Origin: Gemmatimonadaceae bacterium
GTDB taxonomy: Bacteria > Gemmatimonadota > Gemmatimonadetes > Gemmatimonadales > Gemmatimonadaceae
Assembly: GCA_035455745.1 (NCBI GenBank)
Contig: DATIEP010000023.1
Location: 16,628-80,627 of the forward strand
Reading direction: 5' to 3'
Length of the DNA: 64,000 nucleotides
Positions 10,311 to 20,171 of the stretch are shown piece by piece. The position numbers and the translations under genes are program-made. The notes beneath the pieces are model-generated. The model had not been told where the DNA came from. It did no database searches and saw only the letters and a list, made by a program, of their open reading frames with translations. Position 1 is the stretch's first letter. The number at the start of each line of letters is the position of its first letter.

Positions 10311-12842
10311 ATGTCCGAGTCCAAGATGTCCCGCCGCGATGCCCTGCTCACAGGAGCAGCCTCCGTCCTCGGCCTCGTCAGCATCCCATCGCCGCTCGAC
10401 GCCCTGCGAAGCGGCACCGATCGCGTCGTCGGGACCACGCCCGCGCGGGCGTCGCTCGCGCGCGGTGACGCCGGAATCTCGCCGGCGGTCGCGGGCGGCG
10501 GGCGAGAACGCATCAGATTCGACACGGACTGGCGCTTTCATCTGGGACACGCATCAGATCCCGCCCGCGACTTCGGCTACGGCGCCGATGAAGAGTTCGC
10601 CAAGTCGGGCGAGCTGTTCGCTCCCGTCTCGCACGCCGACTTCGATGTCTCGTCATGGCGGCGCCTCGACCTGCCGCACGACTGGGCCGTGGAGCTGCCG
10701 TTCGTCGACGAGCACGGCCTAACGAGTTACGGGTTCAAGCCGGTGGGACGCGCACATCCCGACACGAGCATCGGCTGGTATCGCAAGTCGTTCGCGGTTC
10801 CCGCCGAGGACCTGGGCCGACGCATTTCACTCGAGTTCGATGGGGTGTTTCGCGATTGCATGGTTGCGCTCAACGGCCATCTGGTGGCGCGCAATCTGAG
10901 CGGGTACGCCCCGTTCGCGGTGGACATCACACCAGAGCTGAACTACGGCGGCGACAACGTGCTCGTGGTGCGCGTGGATGCGACCGAGCACGAAGGGTGG
11001 TTTTACGAGGGCGCCGGAATCTATCGCCATGTGTGGCTCGTCAAGACGGCGCCGGTGCACGTGGCGCTCTGGGGCACGTTCGTTCGCGCGACGGTGGACG
11101 GCGCGAAGCGCAGCGCCACGGCGCACATCACGACGACCATCCAGAACGACGGCGACGCCGACGCGCGCTGTGCCATCGAATTGCGGATGCTCGACGGCGC
11201 CGGACAGGTCGTACAAACCTCGAGATCGGATCCGGTCACGATTCCGGCGGCCGGTTCCAGCGCCGTCGATCACGCGATGCGCATCGATGCGCCGTCGCTG
11301 TGGTCGCTCGACGCCCCCCATCTCTACACGCTCGTCACGCTGCTCACCGTGGACCAGGTGGAAGTGGATCGCACGGAGACGCCGTTAGGCATTCGCACCG
11401 TGCAATTCGACCCCGACCGCGGCGTTCTCGTGAACGGCGAACACGTCGAGATTCGCGGCACGTGCAATCACCAGGATCACGCCGGCGTCGGCTCTGCCCT
11501 GCCCGACCGCCTGCAGGCCTACCGGATCGAGCGCCTCAAGGCGATGGGCGCCAACGCGTACCGCACGTCGCACAATCCGCCGGCTGCCGAGCTGCTCGAC
11601 GCCTGCGACCGGATCGGCATGCTGGTGCTGGACGAGACGCGCATGTTCGGCGCGGATCCGGAGGCGTTGAGCCAACTCGGTCGTCTGGTGCGCCGCGACA
11701 GAAATCACCCGTGCGTCTTCGCCTGGTCGCTGGCCAACGAGGAAGACGGCGAACAGGGCACCGACCGCGGCGCACGCATGGCGGAGGTGATGAAGGCCAC
11801 CGTTAGGCAGCTCGATCCGACGCGGCCGGTGACGGCGGCGATGAACGGCGACTGGGGGAAAGGCTTCACGGGCGTGATCGATGTGCAGGGCTTCAATTAT
11901 CGCGTCGGGCGCGAGATGGATGCGTTTCGCGCGCGCTTCCCGCGCAAGCCGGCGATGGGCACCGAGGTGGCGAGCACCGTGTCGACGCGCGGGATCTACG
12001 CGAACGACACCGCGCGCGGCTACGTATCGGCGTACGACCGGAATTTCCCGCCCTGGGCGTCGACGGCGGAGGCGTGGTGGACGGCGTACCTCGCCCGGCC
12101 GTGGGCGTCGGGAGGATTCGTGTGGACGGGATTCGATTATCGCGGCGAGCCCACCCCGTACGCGTGGCCCTGCATCAATTCGCACTTCGGCATCATGGAT
12201 ACGTGCGGCTTTCCGAAGGACAACTACTACTACTATCAGGCACAGTGGGGCTCGGCGCCCGTGCTCCACGTTTTCCCGCACTGGAACTGGGCCGGACACG
12301 AAGGGCAGCCGATCGAGGTGTGGTGCCATACGAATCTCGAGCGCGTCGAGCTGTTCCTGAACGGCGCGCGCGTCGGCGGCGGCGCGGAGCGCGTGCCGCC
12401 TAACGGACACGCGGCGTGGCACGTGCCGTTCGCGCCCGGCGTCCTCGAGGCGCGCGGCTACCGCGGCGGCCGCGTCGTGCTCACGGCGCGCCGCGAGACC
12501 GCCGGGGCGCCGGCCGCCGTCGCGCTCGAGGCCGACCGGATTCGACTGACGGCAGACGGCATGGACGTGTCGGTGGTCGCGGCGCGCATCGTCGACGCCA
12601 GGGGCCGGACCGTGCCGACGGCATCGAACCGCGTGACCTTCGGCGTCACGGGACCGCTGGCGGTGATCGGTGTGGGGAACGGCGATCCCAGCTCGCACGA
12701 GAGCGACAAGGATACGTCGCGCAGTGCGTTCAACGGGCTCTGTTGCGCGATCGTGCAGGCGGGAACGGAGCGCGGACCGGCGAAGGTGACGGCGGCGGCG
12801 GACGGATTGCGCGGGTCGGCGATCGACGTCGTCGTCGGTTAG
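10311..12842 (+). CDS. Glycoside hydrolase family 2 (beta-galactosidase/beta-glucuronidase-like), Tat-exported
   Basis: Twin-arginine signal MSRRDALLTGAASVLGLV. GH2 hallmarks WYRKSF, GGDNVLVVRV, NAYRTSHNPP, DETRMFG and HPCVFAWSLANEE. The stop TAG is embedded in GTTAGGC. Confidence 0.85.
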   Translation: MSESKMSRRDALLTGAASVLGLVSIPSPLDALRSGTDRVVGTTPARASLARGDAGISPAVAGGGRERIRFDTDWRFHLGHASDPARDFGYGADEEFAKSGELFAPVSHADFDVSSWRRLDLPHDWAVELPFVDEHGLTSYGFKPVGRAHPDTSIGWYRKSFAVPAEDLGRRISLEFDGVFRDCMVALNGHLVARNLSGYAPFAVDITPELNYGGDNVLVVRVDATEHEGWFYEGAGIYRHVWLVKTAPVHVALWGTFVRATVDGAKRSATAHITTTIQNDGDADARCAIELRMLDGAGQVVQTSRSDPVTIPAAGSSAVDHAMRIDAPSLWSLDAPHLYTLVTLLTVDQVEVDRTETPLGIRTVQFDPDRGVLVNGEHVEIRGTCNHQDHAGVGSALPDRLQAYRIERLKAMGANAYRTSHNPPAAELLDACDRIGMLVLDETRMFGADPEALSQLGRLVRRDRNHPCVFAWSLANEEDGEQGTDRGARMAEVMKATVRQLDPTRPVTAAMNGDWGKGFTGVIDVQGFNYRVGREMDAFRARFPRKPAMGTEVASTVSTRGIYANDTARGYVSAYDRNFPPWASTAEAWWTAYLARPWASGGFVWTGFDYRGEPTPYAWPCINSHFGIMDTCGFPKDNYYYYQAQWGSAPVLHVFPHWNWAGHEGQPIEVWCHTNLERVELFLNGARVGGGAERVPPNGHAAWHVPFAPGVLEARGYRGGRVVLTARRETAGAPAAVALEADRIRLTADGMDVSVVAARIVDARGRTVPTASNRVTFGVTGPLAVIGVGNGDPSSHESDKDTSRSAFNGLCCAIVQAGTERGPAKVTAAADGLRGSAIDVVVG

Positions 12843-12872
12843 GCAGCGATCACCACGCCGGCGGATCTGCGA

Positions 12873-13304
12873 TCACCGCCTGGTGTACGACGCCGTGGCC
12901 GTTTGCGGCGTCTGGGTGATCCCGTAGAAGATGACGGACCCCTGGAGGTGATTCGGCGCGGTGAGCGTTCCGGTGAACTGCCCGGTGATCCCTCCTCCGT
13001 TCTCGAACTGGAAGATGAGCGACAGCAGCGGCGGACTCGCGGCGGTGGGCGGACTGAAGCTGCCGCTGATGTCGACCGGCATCGGCACATCGACGCCCAT
13101 CGACGAGCCCGTACCGGCGACGGCACCATCGTGCTGCGACAGGTGCATCGTCTGCGGAGACAAAATCGTCGCCGTGTCGAGCGACCACACACCGGCAACC
13201 GACGGCTCGACGGGAGACATGCTGGACGGCGAGCAGGCGACTACGGCGCCGAGGGCCATTGCGCACAAGAAGAATCGCACGGGTGACCTCGCTACGAAGG
13301 GCAT
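12873..13304 (-). CDS. Small lipoprotein, unknown function
   Basis: 143-aa ORF with signal plus lipobox (LGAVVAC-S). Shares an overall pattern with ORF 24362..24769. Confidence 0.6.
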   Translation of the reverse strand: MPFVARSPVRFFLCAMALGAVVACSPSSMSPVEPSVAGVWSLDTATILSPQTMHLSQHDGAVAGTGSSMGVDVPMPVDISGSFSPPTAASPPLLSLIFQFENGGGITGQFTGTLTAPNHLQGSVIFYGITQTPQTATASYTRR

Positions 13305-13355
13305 CCGCTCGATACACCGGTCGCCGGGCCGAAGTTTCCCGCGGGCTCGCGCTTC

Positions 13356-14813
13356 TCAGGGAGAAGAGACTGGCGCTGCCAGCGCCGATACGCGGGCCCA
13401 ATCGGAGAGCGGGGCGTGCTCGGCCGCGACCCTGGACGGCGCGACTCCCGTGCGCCTAACGGCAGCCACGATGTCGTCCACGTACTGGGTGGGCGCGCGC
13501 AGATCCTGGATGTAGTCGCTCGCCCACAGGAACCGCGCCGGCCGGATGAAAGCAGCCAGCGCGACTTCGCTCGCCGCGCCGTCGATCGGGAACACATCGA
13601 TATCGCCGCCCGCCAGCGACATCGAGTCGCTCACCGCACGGAACCGGAAGACGGCGCGCGACCGATGGCGTTCCAGCGCATCGGGCGCGAGGGTCCACCG
13701 CCGGTTCACGACTCGCTCCAGAAATGCGCGCGATGCGCGATGCGAGACGATCGTCGCGCCGCGGGCGACCCAGGCGCGCACACCCGCCACGTGCGGCCAC
13801 GCGAGATCGGTCACCACCACCACGATGGGATGGCGGCCCGGGAACAGCGTCGAGATCCACGTCGAGTCTTGCCGCACGCGCTCCTCGCCCTGGGTGGCGT
13901 CGAACACGTACACGGTGTCGCGGTCCAGCGCCACGACCTCGCCGTAGCCGGCGTTGCGCAGCACGAACACATTGTCGCTCACGCGCGTGGTATCCGGACG
14001 GTTCGGCGCCAGGAACGCGGCGATCGCCGGCGTCATCGCCGTCTCGTGCGCCGGCACGGCGAGCGACGGCGCGCTGTCGCGCGGCGCCAGACGCCTCACG
14101 CCAAACGTGCGCGCGATCTGCGTCTCGCCATCTTCCATGCGGAACGCGGCGCCGGGAAGGTGCGCGTCCTGGACGCGCTCCCACGTCGACCACACGAACT
14201 CCACGTGCACCTGGCCCCACAGGTAGTGCGGCTCCTCGCGGTCGAGCTTCTCCGGGTATCCCGACTTGGGATCCAGGTACAGCCGCTCGGGTCCCCGCAC
14301 GCCGCGTCGCGAGAGCACGATGCGCGGGTAGTCACGGTACGTGCATCGTTCCGCGACGCGCACGTCTGTCGCCTCCAGCCAGTCCGTTAGGACTGCCCAC
14401 ACATCGAGCGGGCGGGTCTGGTACAACGCACCGTGCAGCGCGGGATTCGGCACGAGCGCCGTGTCGCGCACGAGATACGACGCGCGCTCGTCGCCGATGG
14501 TGGTGAGACCATACTCGTATCCGGCGATGGTCGAGTGCGATGTCGTACGCTGCACGCCCGATGCGGGATCGAACCACTCATCGAGCGACTGGACTTCGGC
14601 GAGAAACGGCGGATACGTGCGATCGGATTCATATGCGTGCTGCACGACATCGTAGCCGTGCACTTCGAGCACGGTGCGCCGAGCGGTGTCGAGTCCGGTC
14701 GCGGTTGCAGCGCGAACGAGGAGCGCGTGCGCGTCGAGGCCGGACACGGGGCGACATCCGCCCGTGTCGGCGAGCGCTGCCACGAGCGCAGTGATCAGGA
14801 GCAGGGGCGTCAT
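13356..14813 (-). CDS. Secreted hypothetical protein with degenerate MBL-fold-like C-terminal half
   Basis: Start moved to MTPLLLITALVAALADTGGC (complement of 14811-14813); the upstream Arg-rich extension looks like a shadow. VVVTDLAWPHVAGVRAWVARGATIVSH sits where the MBL HxHxDH motif would be. Confidence 0.5.
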   Translation of the reverse strand: MTPLLLITALVAALADTGGCRPVSGLDAHALLVRAATATGLDTARRTVLEVHGYDVVQHAYESDRTYPPFLAEVQSLDEWFDPASGVQRTTSHSTIAGYEYGLTTIGDERASYLVRDTALVPNPALHGALYQTRPLDVWAVLTDWLEATDVRVAERCTYRDYPRIVLSRRGVRGPERLYLDPKSGYPEKLDREEPHYLWGQVHVEFVWSTWERVQDAHLPGAAFRMEDGETQIARTFGVRRLAPRDSAPSLAVPAHETAMTPAIAAFLAPNRPDTTRVSDNVFVLRNAGYGEVVALDRDTVYVFDATQGEERVRQDSTWISTLFPGRHPIVVVVTDLAWPHVAGVRAWVARGATIVSHRASRAFLERVVNRRWTLAPDALERHRSRAVFRFRAVSDSMSLAGGDIDVFPIDGAASEVALAAFIRPARFLWASDYIQDLRAPTQYVDDIVAAVRRTGVAPSRVAAEHAPLSDWARVSALAAPVSSP

Positions 14814-14927
14814 GACGCGCAATTCATGCGCGCCGAGCACCGCGCCGCAAGCGCGCTGTCGCGAGCGGTGCACTTGCCGTTGCGAGCGGTCGCGAGTCCC
14901 TTGCACCGCGCGCCGGCCCAACCGATC

Positions 14928-16070
14928 ATGATCGCCATGAGTCCCGAGCGCTCGTCGCATCGCGCGAACGCAGATCATCGCTGGATACCGGCGTGGCAGA
15001 TCGCGGCGATCTGGCTGATCCCGACGTTGCTGTCGACGGCGGAAACGGTGATCTTCGCCGCGCAAGCCGGCCGGCCGATCCCCGCCTGGCGCGCGTTCAT
15101 CGGCGAGGCGCCGCAATGGCTCGGCTGGGCGCTCCTAACGCCGGGCATCCTGGCGCTGGCCGAACGCTTTCCTCTCCGGCGGCCACTCGAGGCGGTGTCG
15201 GTCGCGGTGCACGTGCTGGCCAGCCTCATCGCCGGCGTGCTGCTGGCCCTGGCCGACGCGCTCGTGAACGCATGGGCCCGCCCGTCGAGCCAAGGACTCT
15301 GGGCCGCGGCCCGCGGATGGTTCCTCGGCGGCCTCGCCGCGACGACGCTTGTCTACTTCGCGATCGTCATCGCCGGCTATGCGTGGCGCAACGCGGCGCG
15401 CCTCAGAGAGCGCGAACGCGAGGCCGCCGCCCTCGAAGCCGAGCTCCGGCGGGCGCAGTTAGGCGCGCTGCGCATGCAGCTCCAGCCGCATTTCCTGTTC
15501 AACAGCCTCAACGCCGTGATGGCGCTGGTGCGGGACCGCGACACCGAGCGCGCGTTAGGCGCGCTGGCCCTCCTCGGCGACGTGCTCCGCGCGACGGTCA
15601 ACGCCGGCGACGCGAACGAGGCTACCCTGGCGTCGGAGCTCGATTTCGTGCGCCAGTACCTGCGCATCGAGCAGATGCGGTTCGGCGACCGGTTGGCCGT
15701 GACGTTCGACACCGACGCCGCGCCCGCCGACGCCATGGTGCCGGTGTTCATCCTGCAGCCCTTCGTCGAGAACTCGCTCAAGCACGGCGTATTGCACGGA
15801 CGCGAACGCAACGCCATCGCGATCGGCGCGTCCGTGGATGGCGGATCGCTCGTGCTGTCGGTGCGCGACGACGGCCGCGGTCTGTCATCGTCGGGCAACG
15901 GCTCCGGCGTCGGCATCGCCAATGCGCGGCGCCGCTTGGAGCACCTGTACGGCGCGAGGGCGACGCTGACCGTCGGTCCCGGTGCGGACGGACGCGGCGT
16001 GCACGTCATGATCGCGATCCCGTTCACTCGCGCGCAGCCGCGCCGCGCGGCGGTGGCGTCCGCGTCATGA
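14928..16070 (+). CDS. LytS/YehU-type sensor histidine kinase
   Basis: In-frame ATG at 14928 followed by 5-6 hydrophobic helices. MQLQPHFLFNSLNAV is the His_kinase motif. HATPase motifs are FVENSLKHG, VRDDGRG and GVGIAN. Confidence 0.85.
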   Translation: MIAMSPERSSHRANADHRWIPAWQIAAIWLIPTLLSTAETVIFAAQAGRPIPAWRAFIGEAPQWLGWALLTPGILALAERFPLRRPLEAVSVAVHVLASLIAGVLLALADALVNAWARPSSQGLWAAARGWFLGGLAATTLVYFAIVIAGYAWRNAARLREREREAAALEAELRRAQLGALRMQLQPHFLFNSLNAVMALVRDRDTERALGALALLGDVLRATVNAGDANEATLASELDFVRQYLRIEQMRFGDRLAVTFDTDAAPADAMVPVFILQPFVENSLKHGVLHGRERNAIAIGASVDGGSLVLSVRDDGRGLSSSGNGSGVGIANARRRLEHLYGARATLTVGPGADGRGVHVMIAIPFTRAQPRRAAVASAS

Positions 16071-16789
16071 TTCGCGCGCTCATTGCCGACGATGAGGAGC
16101 TCTCGAGGCGCGCGCTGCGGCAGCTGTTGTCTCGTCATGCCGATGTCGACATCGTGGCCGAGTGCAGCGATGGCGACGAGGCGCGCACCGCCGTGGCGTC
16201 GCTGCACCCCGACCTGGCGCTGCTCGACGTGCGCATGCCGCTCGGCACCGGACTCGAGGTGGCGCGCGAGCGGTGGAACGGCGATCGGCCGATCATCGTG
16301 TTCGTGACGGCGTTCGATCAGTTCGCGCTGCCGGCGTTCGATGTGGAGGCCGCCGACTACCTGACGAAGCCCTTGAGCGAGACCCGCTTCGACGCGATGC
16401 TCGAGCGGGTCCGCCGCCGGTTATCGGTTAGGCAGATACCCGCGCGCGCCGCCGCCCGGGCGGCGGTCCCGCTCGTGGCTCGGGTGGGAACCGCCGATCT
16501 CGTGATCCCGCTCGAATCGGTGGACTACATCGAGGCCGACGACGTGTACGCGGCCGTCGTCGCCCGCGGCAAACGGCAGTTGGTGCGGACGTCGCTGGAT
16601 GCGCTCGAGCAGACGCTCGATCCGCTGGTGTTCGTACGCGTGCACCGCTCGTACATCGTGCGAGTGGATCGCGTTGCCGCGCTGCGGCGGCGGGGCGCTC
16701 GCGTGGAGCTTGTCCTGACGAGCGGTGCGATCGTGCCGGTGAGCCGGCGGCGCCGGGCGGCCGTGGCGCGGCTCTTCGCCGGCCGTTAG
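16067..16789 (+). CDS. LytR/AlgR (LytTR) family response regulator
   Basis: MIRALIADDEEL...LALLDVRMP is the receiver domain. IPLESVDYIEADDVYAAVV...FVRVHRSYIV is the LytTR domain. The ATG overlaps the kinase stop (ATGA at 16067-16070). The stop TAG is inside GTTAGGC. Confidence 0.9.
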   Translation: MIRALIADDEELSRRALRQLLSRHADVDIVAECSDGDEARTAVASLHPDLALLDVRMPLGTGLEVARERWNGDRPIIVFVTAFDQFALPAFDVEAADYLTKPLSETRFDAMLERVRRRLSVRQIPARAAARAAVPLVARVGTADLVIPLESVDYIEADDVYAAVVARGKRQLVRTSLDALEQTLDPLVFVRVHRSYIVRVDRVAALRRRGARVELVLTSGAIVPVSRRRRAAVARLFAGR

Positions 16790-16796
16790 GCGCTGC

Positions 16797-17132
16797 TTAT
16801 TCCGCAGACTCCGCCGTGCCGCGGTCCAACTCCGCGGCCAGCGTGCGAAAGAGCTCGCTCGTGCCCTCGGGTCCGGACACCGTGAGCGTCAAGGATTCCG
16901 TGCCCGCCGGGATCTCCAGCACGAAATCGAGAAACGGACAGCAGCGGCGCTCGCGCTCGATGACCGATGCGATCCGCGCGATCGAGCCATCGGTCAGATC
17001 GAACGTTAGGCGCAGCCCCGAGTCGGCGGGCACTGCCGTGCGCGCGCTGCGTAGCAAGCCGGGCAGCAGCTCGCTCGCGGCGCGTCGCAGCTCCTCGGGG
17101 GTCAGGCGACAAGCGATCGGCGTGCCGTCCAT
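16797..17132 (-). CDS. Hypothetical protein with CCPF motif
   Basis: 111-aa ORF with good coding appearance and an ERERRCCPFLDF motif. The family was not recognised with certainty. Confidence 0.5.
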   Translation of the reverse strand: MDGTPIACRLTPEELRRAASELLPGLLRSARTAVPADSGLRLTFDLTDGSIARIASVIERERRCCPFLDFVLEIPAGTESLTLTVSGPEGTSELFRTLAAELDRGTAESAE

Positions 17133-17341
17133 ATCTCAATGGTAACCGCCTCGACGCGGGAAGGGGCGGACGGTATTCTGGAAGCCGGCGATCAGCCAGT
17201 GCCCGGATGGCTTCGCCCTGGCGATTGGCGACTGCCGCGATTGCCGCTTCGTCTTGCTGCTGAGCGGCCGCCGAGGTCTGGAAGCTCGGCGCGGCAACAC
17301 TGCCGAGTACTGTCAGGATCCGGGATACGGATCGGAGCCAT

Positions 17342-17923
17342 TCAGGAGCGATAGCCCCGCTTCAATAGCATGTCACCAGCCTTCTCGAACTCGCTCGGCG
17401 ACGGGATCGCAAAATCGAGCGCGTCCGCGTACCGCGTCACGATGTTGAATGCCGACGCGACGGCGATCGCATCCGTCAGTGCTTCGCTCGTCACCCCGGC
17501 GCGCAGCACCGTCCGTGCATCCTCCGCCGACAGGTCGGCAGGGTGCAAGGTCATCTTCTCCAGAAAGCCGAGTGTCGCTCTCAAGCCGTTCGTGATTGGA
17601 GCGGCGCGATAGTCTGCGAGGGTCTGATCGATTGTAGGGCGCGCGAGCTGCTTCGCCGCGACTGCGCTGTGTGCGCCAACGCAAAACTCGCAGGAGTTCC
17701 ACTTCGCAACCATGGCCGCCATCAGTTCGCGTTCGCCGATGGTCCAACTGCTCGACCCCCGCATGGCCGCGTGGGTCCATGCGCCGATCGGGCGGCCGAA
17801 ATCCTTGTGATAGAAAGCCACGCGGGCGGCATCGGGCAGCCGCATGCGCATGACTGTCGAGATGAAGCCAATGAGTAGGCGATTCCCGAAGCTGGAGCCG
17901 CGCTCGACTTCAGGAAGACGCAT
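17342..17923 (-). CDS. Carboxymuconolactone decarboxylase (AhpD-like) family protein
   Basis: 193-aa ORF. WNSCEFCVGAH matches the CxxC...H core of the AhpD/CMD family. Confidence 0.75.
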   Translation of the reverse strand: MRLPEVERGSSFGNRLLIGFISTVMRMRLPDAARVAFYHKDFGRPIGAWTHAAMRGSSSWTIGERELMAAMVAKWNSCEFCVGAHSAVAAKQLARPTIDQTLADYRAAPITNGLRATLGFLEKMTLHPADLSAEDARTVLRAGVTSEALTDAIAVASAFNIVTRYADALDFAIPSPSEFEKAGDMLLKRGYRS

Positions 17924-18248
17924 CGTTTGCCTCGGCCAGAGCCTGCATTGCGAGTCGCCAGCGCAGCAGTCCGGCGCCCGCCGCGGCAGCCAAGGTGACC
18001 TCGAACGCGGCCTTCTCGCTGCCTAACGCTGTGCGAACGGTTGCGACCTGCGCGTCCGTAGTGCGGTGGGCGGCGGCGCCGATCTGTCGCGCAAGCTCAT
18101 CGTACGGCGGTTCCGTGGGAGGACCCCCGGCTGCTCTCGCCGCCACCGCTTGGCGCAATGTCGGCGTGGTCGCAGCAGGGGCTTCGAGAACGGCTCGCCG
18201 AACCGCTTCTGCTAGCGCGCGGTGGTCAGGCCGTGTCGATCCATGCAT
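17910..18248 (-). CDS. Hypothetical protein, CMD-associated
   Basis: C-terminal 113 aa of ORF 17910..18524 starting at MHGSTRPDH. It overlaps the CMD gene start by 14 nt. The upstream part of the ORF is Arg-rich and doubtful. Confidence 0.35.
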   Translation of the reverse strand: MHGSTRPDHRALAEAVRRAVLEAPAATTPTLRQAVAARAAGGPPTEPPYDELARQIGAAAHRTTDAQVATVRTALGSEKAAFEVTLAAAAGAGLLRWRLAMQALAEANDASS

Positions 18249-18686
18249 ATGAAGACCCGCGATCTCGCGGTTCGGATGCCCCGCCGCCGTCGGAGAGCGA
18301 AACGATGCACCGCCGCTCCGCCGGCTCGCCGCACTGCGCGCCGTGCCATGGTGCGGGCACCGTGCTGGACCTCGAGCCTGAGGAAGGGATCGGTCGAGGT
18401 GTCGGGCGCGGCCGATTGCGCGGACGCGGCGTGAGCGTGCGTCAGCGCGAGCGTGGCGAAAAGCAATCCGAGGACACGTAGCTTCATGGAGGGCTCCCAG
18501 AGGCTGGCTGAATCTAGCGAGCACAGGATCGCGTTGGCGAGCGTTTCAACTCGTCGAGCTTTCCGTCAGCATCGCGATTCTAGCGACGCATTGAAGTCCG
18601 ATCATCGCTCTCATTCTCTGCTCTCGTCTCGAGGGGTTTGTTCGGCGACCAGCCGTTTCACTGCATACCGAAGCGCCACCACGGCT

Positions 18687-19063
18687 AACGTCGCCATCTC
18701 CAGGGGGCGTTGCTTGGCGAGCGTCGTGGCGTCGCAAGTACTTCTCGCGGCGGCGTGCTCCACCGTTGAGCAGTTGGGCCTTGCGAGCGGCCTGTGTTTT
18801 GTTCGTGCGTGTGCCAAACAACACGCACGCACGGCTGGCAACGTGGCGGTCGGAATGGTTGAACGCTTGCGCATGCTGCACATGCGCGCCTCCGCGCGAA
18901 ACTGCTGGCTCTGACCCTCATCGCCGATATCGCAGGTCAGACTAACGCTGTGTCCGCCGGCGGTTGAGGAACCGAGCGGTCCTGGACGCAGACCCACATT
19001 TTCGCCGTGATTCGACCCATCAAAGAAGAGATGGCGGCGCGGTTCCGGTTCCTCCTCGGCGTC
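18687..19063 (+). pseudogene. Decayed duplicate of the helicase 3' end plus the 5' end of the downstream membrane-protein gene
   Basis: 18687-18830 and 18988-19063 align at roughly 90% identity (by eye) with 23448-23590 and 23599-23674. They translate as NVAISRGRCLASVVAS..LLAAACSTVEQLGLASGLCFVRA and ..IKEEMAARFRFLLGV. A 157-nt unrelated insert lies at 18831-18987. Confidence 0.8.
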
Positions 19064-19250
19064 GCGGCGACGCGTTTTTCGCCGGGGGGACGGTTTCAAC
19101 ACTCGATAGGAATATTTCGGACACTTTCGCTACGGACACCGCCGTGCGCGTCGCGCTGGGGACGATAAAACGGTAGTCCAGCTGGCCCCGTTACTCTGAA
19201 CGGGCCATCGAGTTACGGAAGGGTGGCTGAGCGAGCGCACGTGATCACGC

Positions 19251-19784
19251 TCACGCAGGAACGCAGGTCAACCGAACCGCGTCCTCGCCGATCAAATCGT
19301 TAGCCACAAGCCTCAGCGGTGGCCGCGGACCCGCAAAGAACGGCGTCCCGCCACCAACCACCACGGGCCGGAAGTACAGTCGATACTCGTCGATCAGCCC
19401 CCAGTCGGTTAGGCTTCGAGCCAGGTGCGGCCCGCCAACGTGAATCTCCCCGTCGAGCCGGGACTTCAGCGCGCGAATCTCCGCTTCGAACTTGTCGCCG
19501 ATGAGCGTCGCGTTAGGCCCGACCGACTCGAGCGACCGCGACACCACCCACTTGGGCTTGCTCCGCCACACGTCCGCAAACTCGCGGTCCTGCGCGTCCC
19601 AGTCCGAGTGGTCTTCGTCCCAATACCGCATGATCTCGTACATGCGGCGACCGTATACAGTCCCGGTCATGCCGCGCACCAGCTCCCAAAAATGACGAGA
19701 GAGCATCGGACCAGGTGGCCCTAATACCATGTGGTCGACATAGCCGTCCAAGGACTGCTGCAATCCGAATACGATCTTCGCCAT
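19251..19784 (-). CDS. Dihydrofolate reductase family protein (RibD C-terminal domain type)
   Basis: Start at MAKIVFGLQQSLDGYVDH. Also VYGRRMYE, KPKWVVSRSL, IHVGGPHLARSL and GLIDEYRLYFRPVVVGGGTPFF. Confidence 0.7.
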   Translation of the reverse strand: MAKIVFGLQQSLDGYVDHMVLGPPGPMLSRHFWELVRGMTGTVYGRRMYEIMRYWDEDHSDWDAQDREFADVWRSKPKWVVSRSLESVGPNATLIGDKFEAEIRALKSRLDGEIHVGGPHLARSLTDWGLIDEYRLYFRPVVVGGGTPFFAGPRPPLRLVANDLIGEDAVRLTCVPA

Positions 19785-20171
19785 ACGACAACGCCTCCAT
19801 GCCGTGTTGTTCGAGGGTCTCCGCACCGTTCACGTCACGCTGAAGTACGCGGCGCCACAACAGCGTCGTGACGGCGGTCGCCAACAACCCCTGCTCGGCC
19901 ACGACCACCGCCGCCAGAATCGCGGTGTCGATCCCACAAGCACCCGGCGGTCGCCAGCGCAATCGTCGGCAATATTCGGTGTGTTTCGCGCCCGGGCAGA
20001 GTCGTCATTCACTGGAGATTATCCCGGCGCGACGATTTCTTGAAGATTCCGCTCGATGTCGCGAACCGGCGGCCGGCTCCGACAGCAGCGGCCCTCCGAA
20101 CCCAGGTGCCGTCGTCCGCTGTCGTATCCCACTGCGACATTGTTATCCGGATTAGCTCCGAGATCGCCTAA

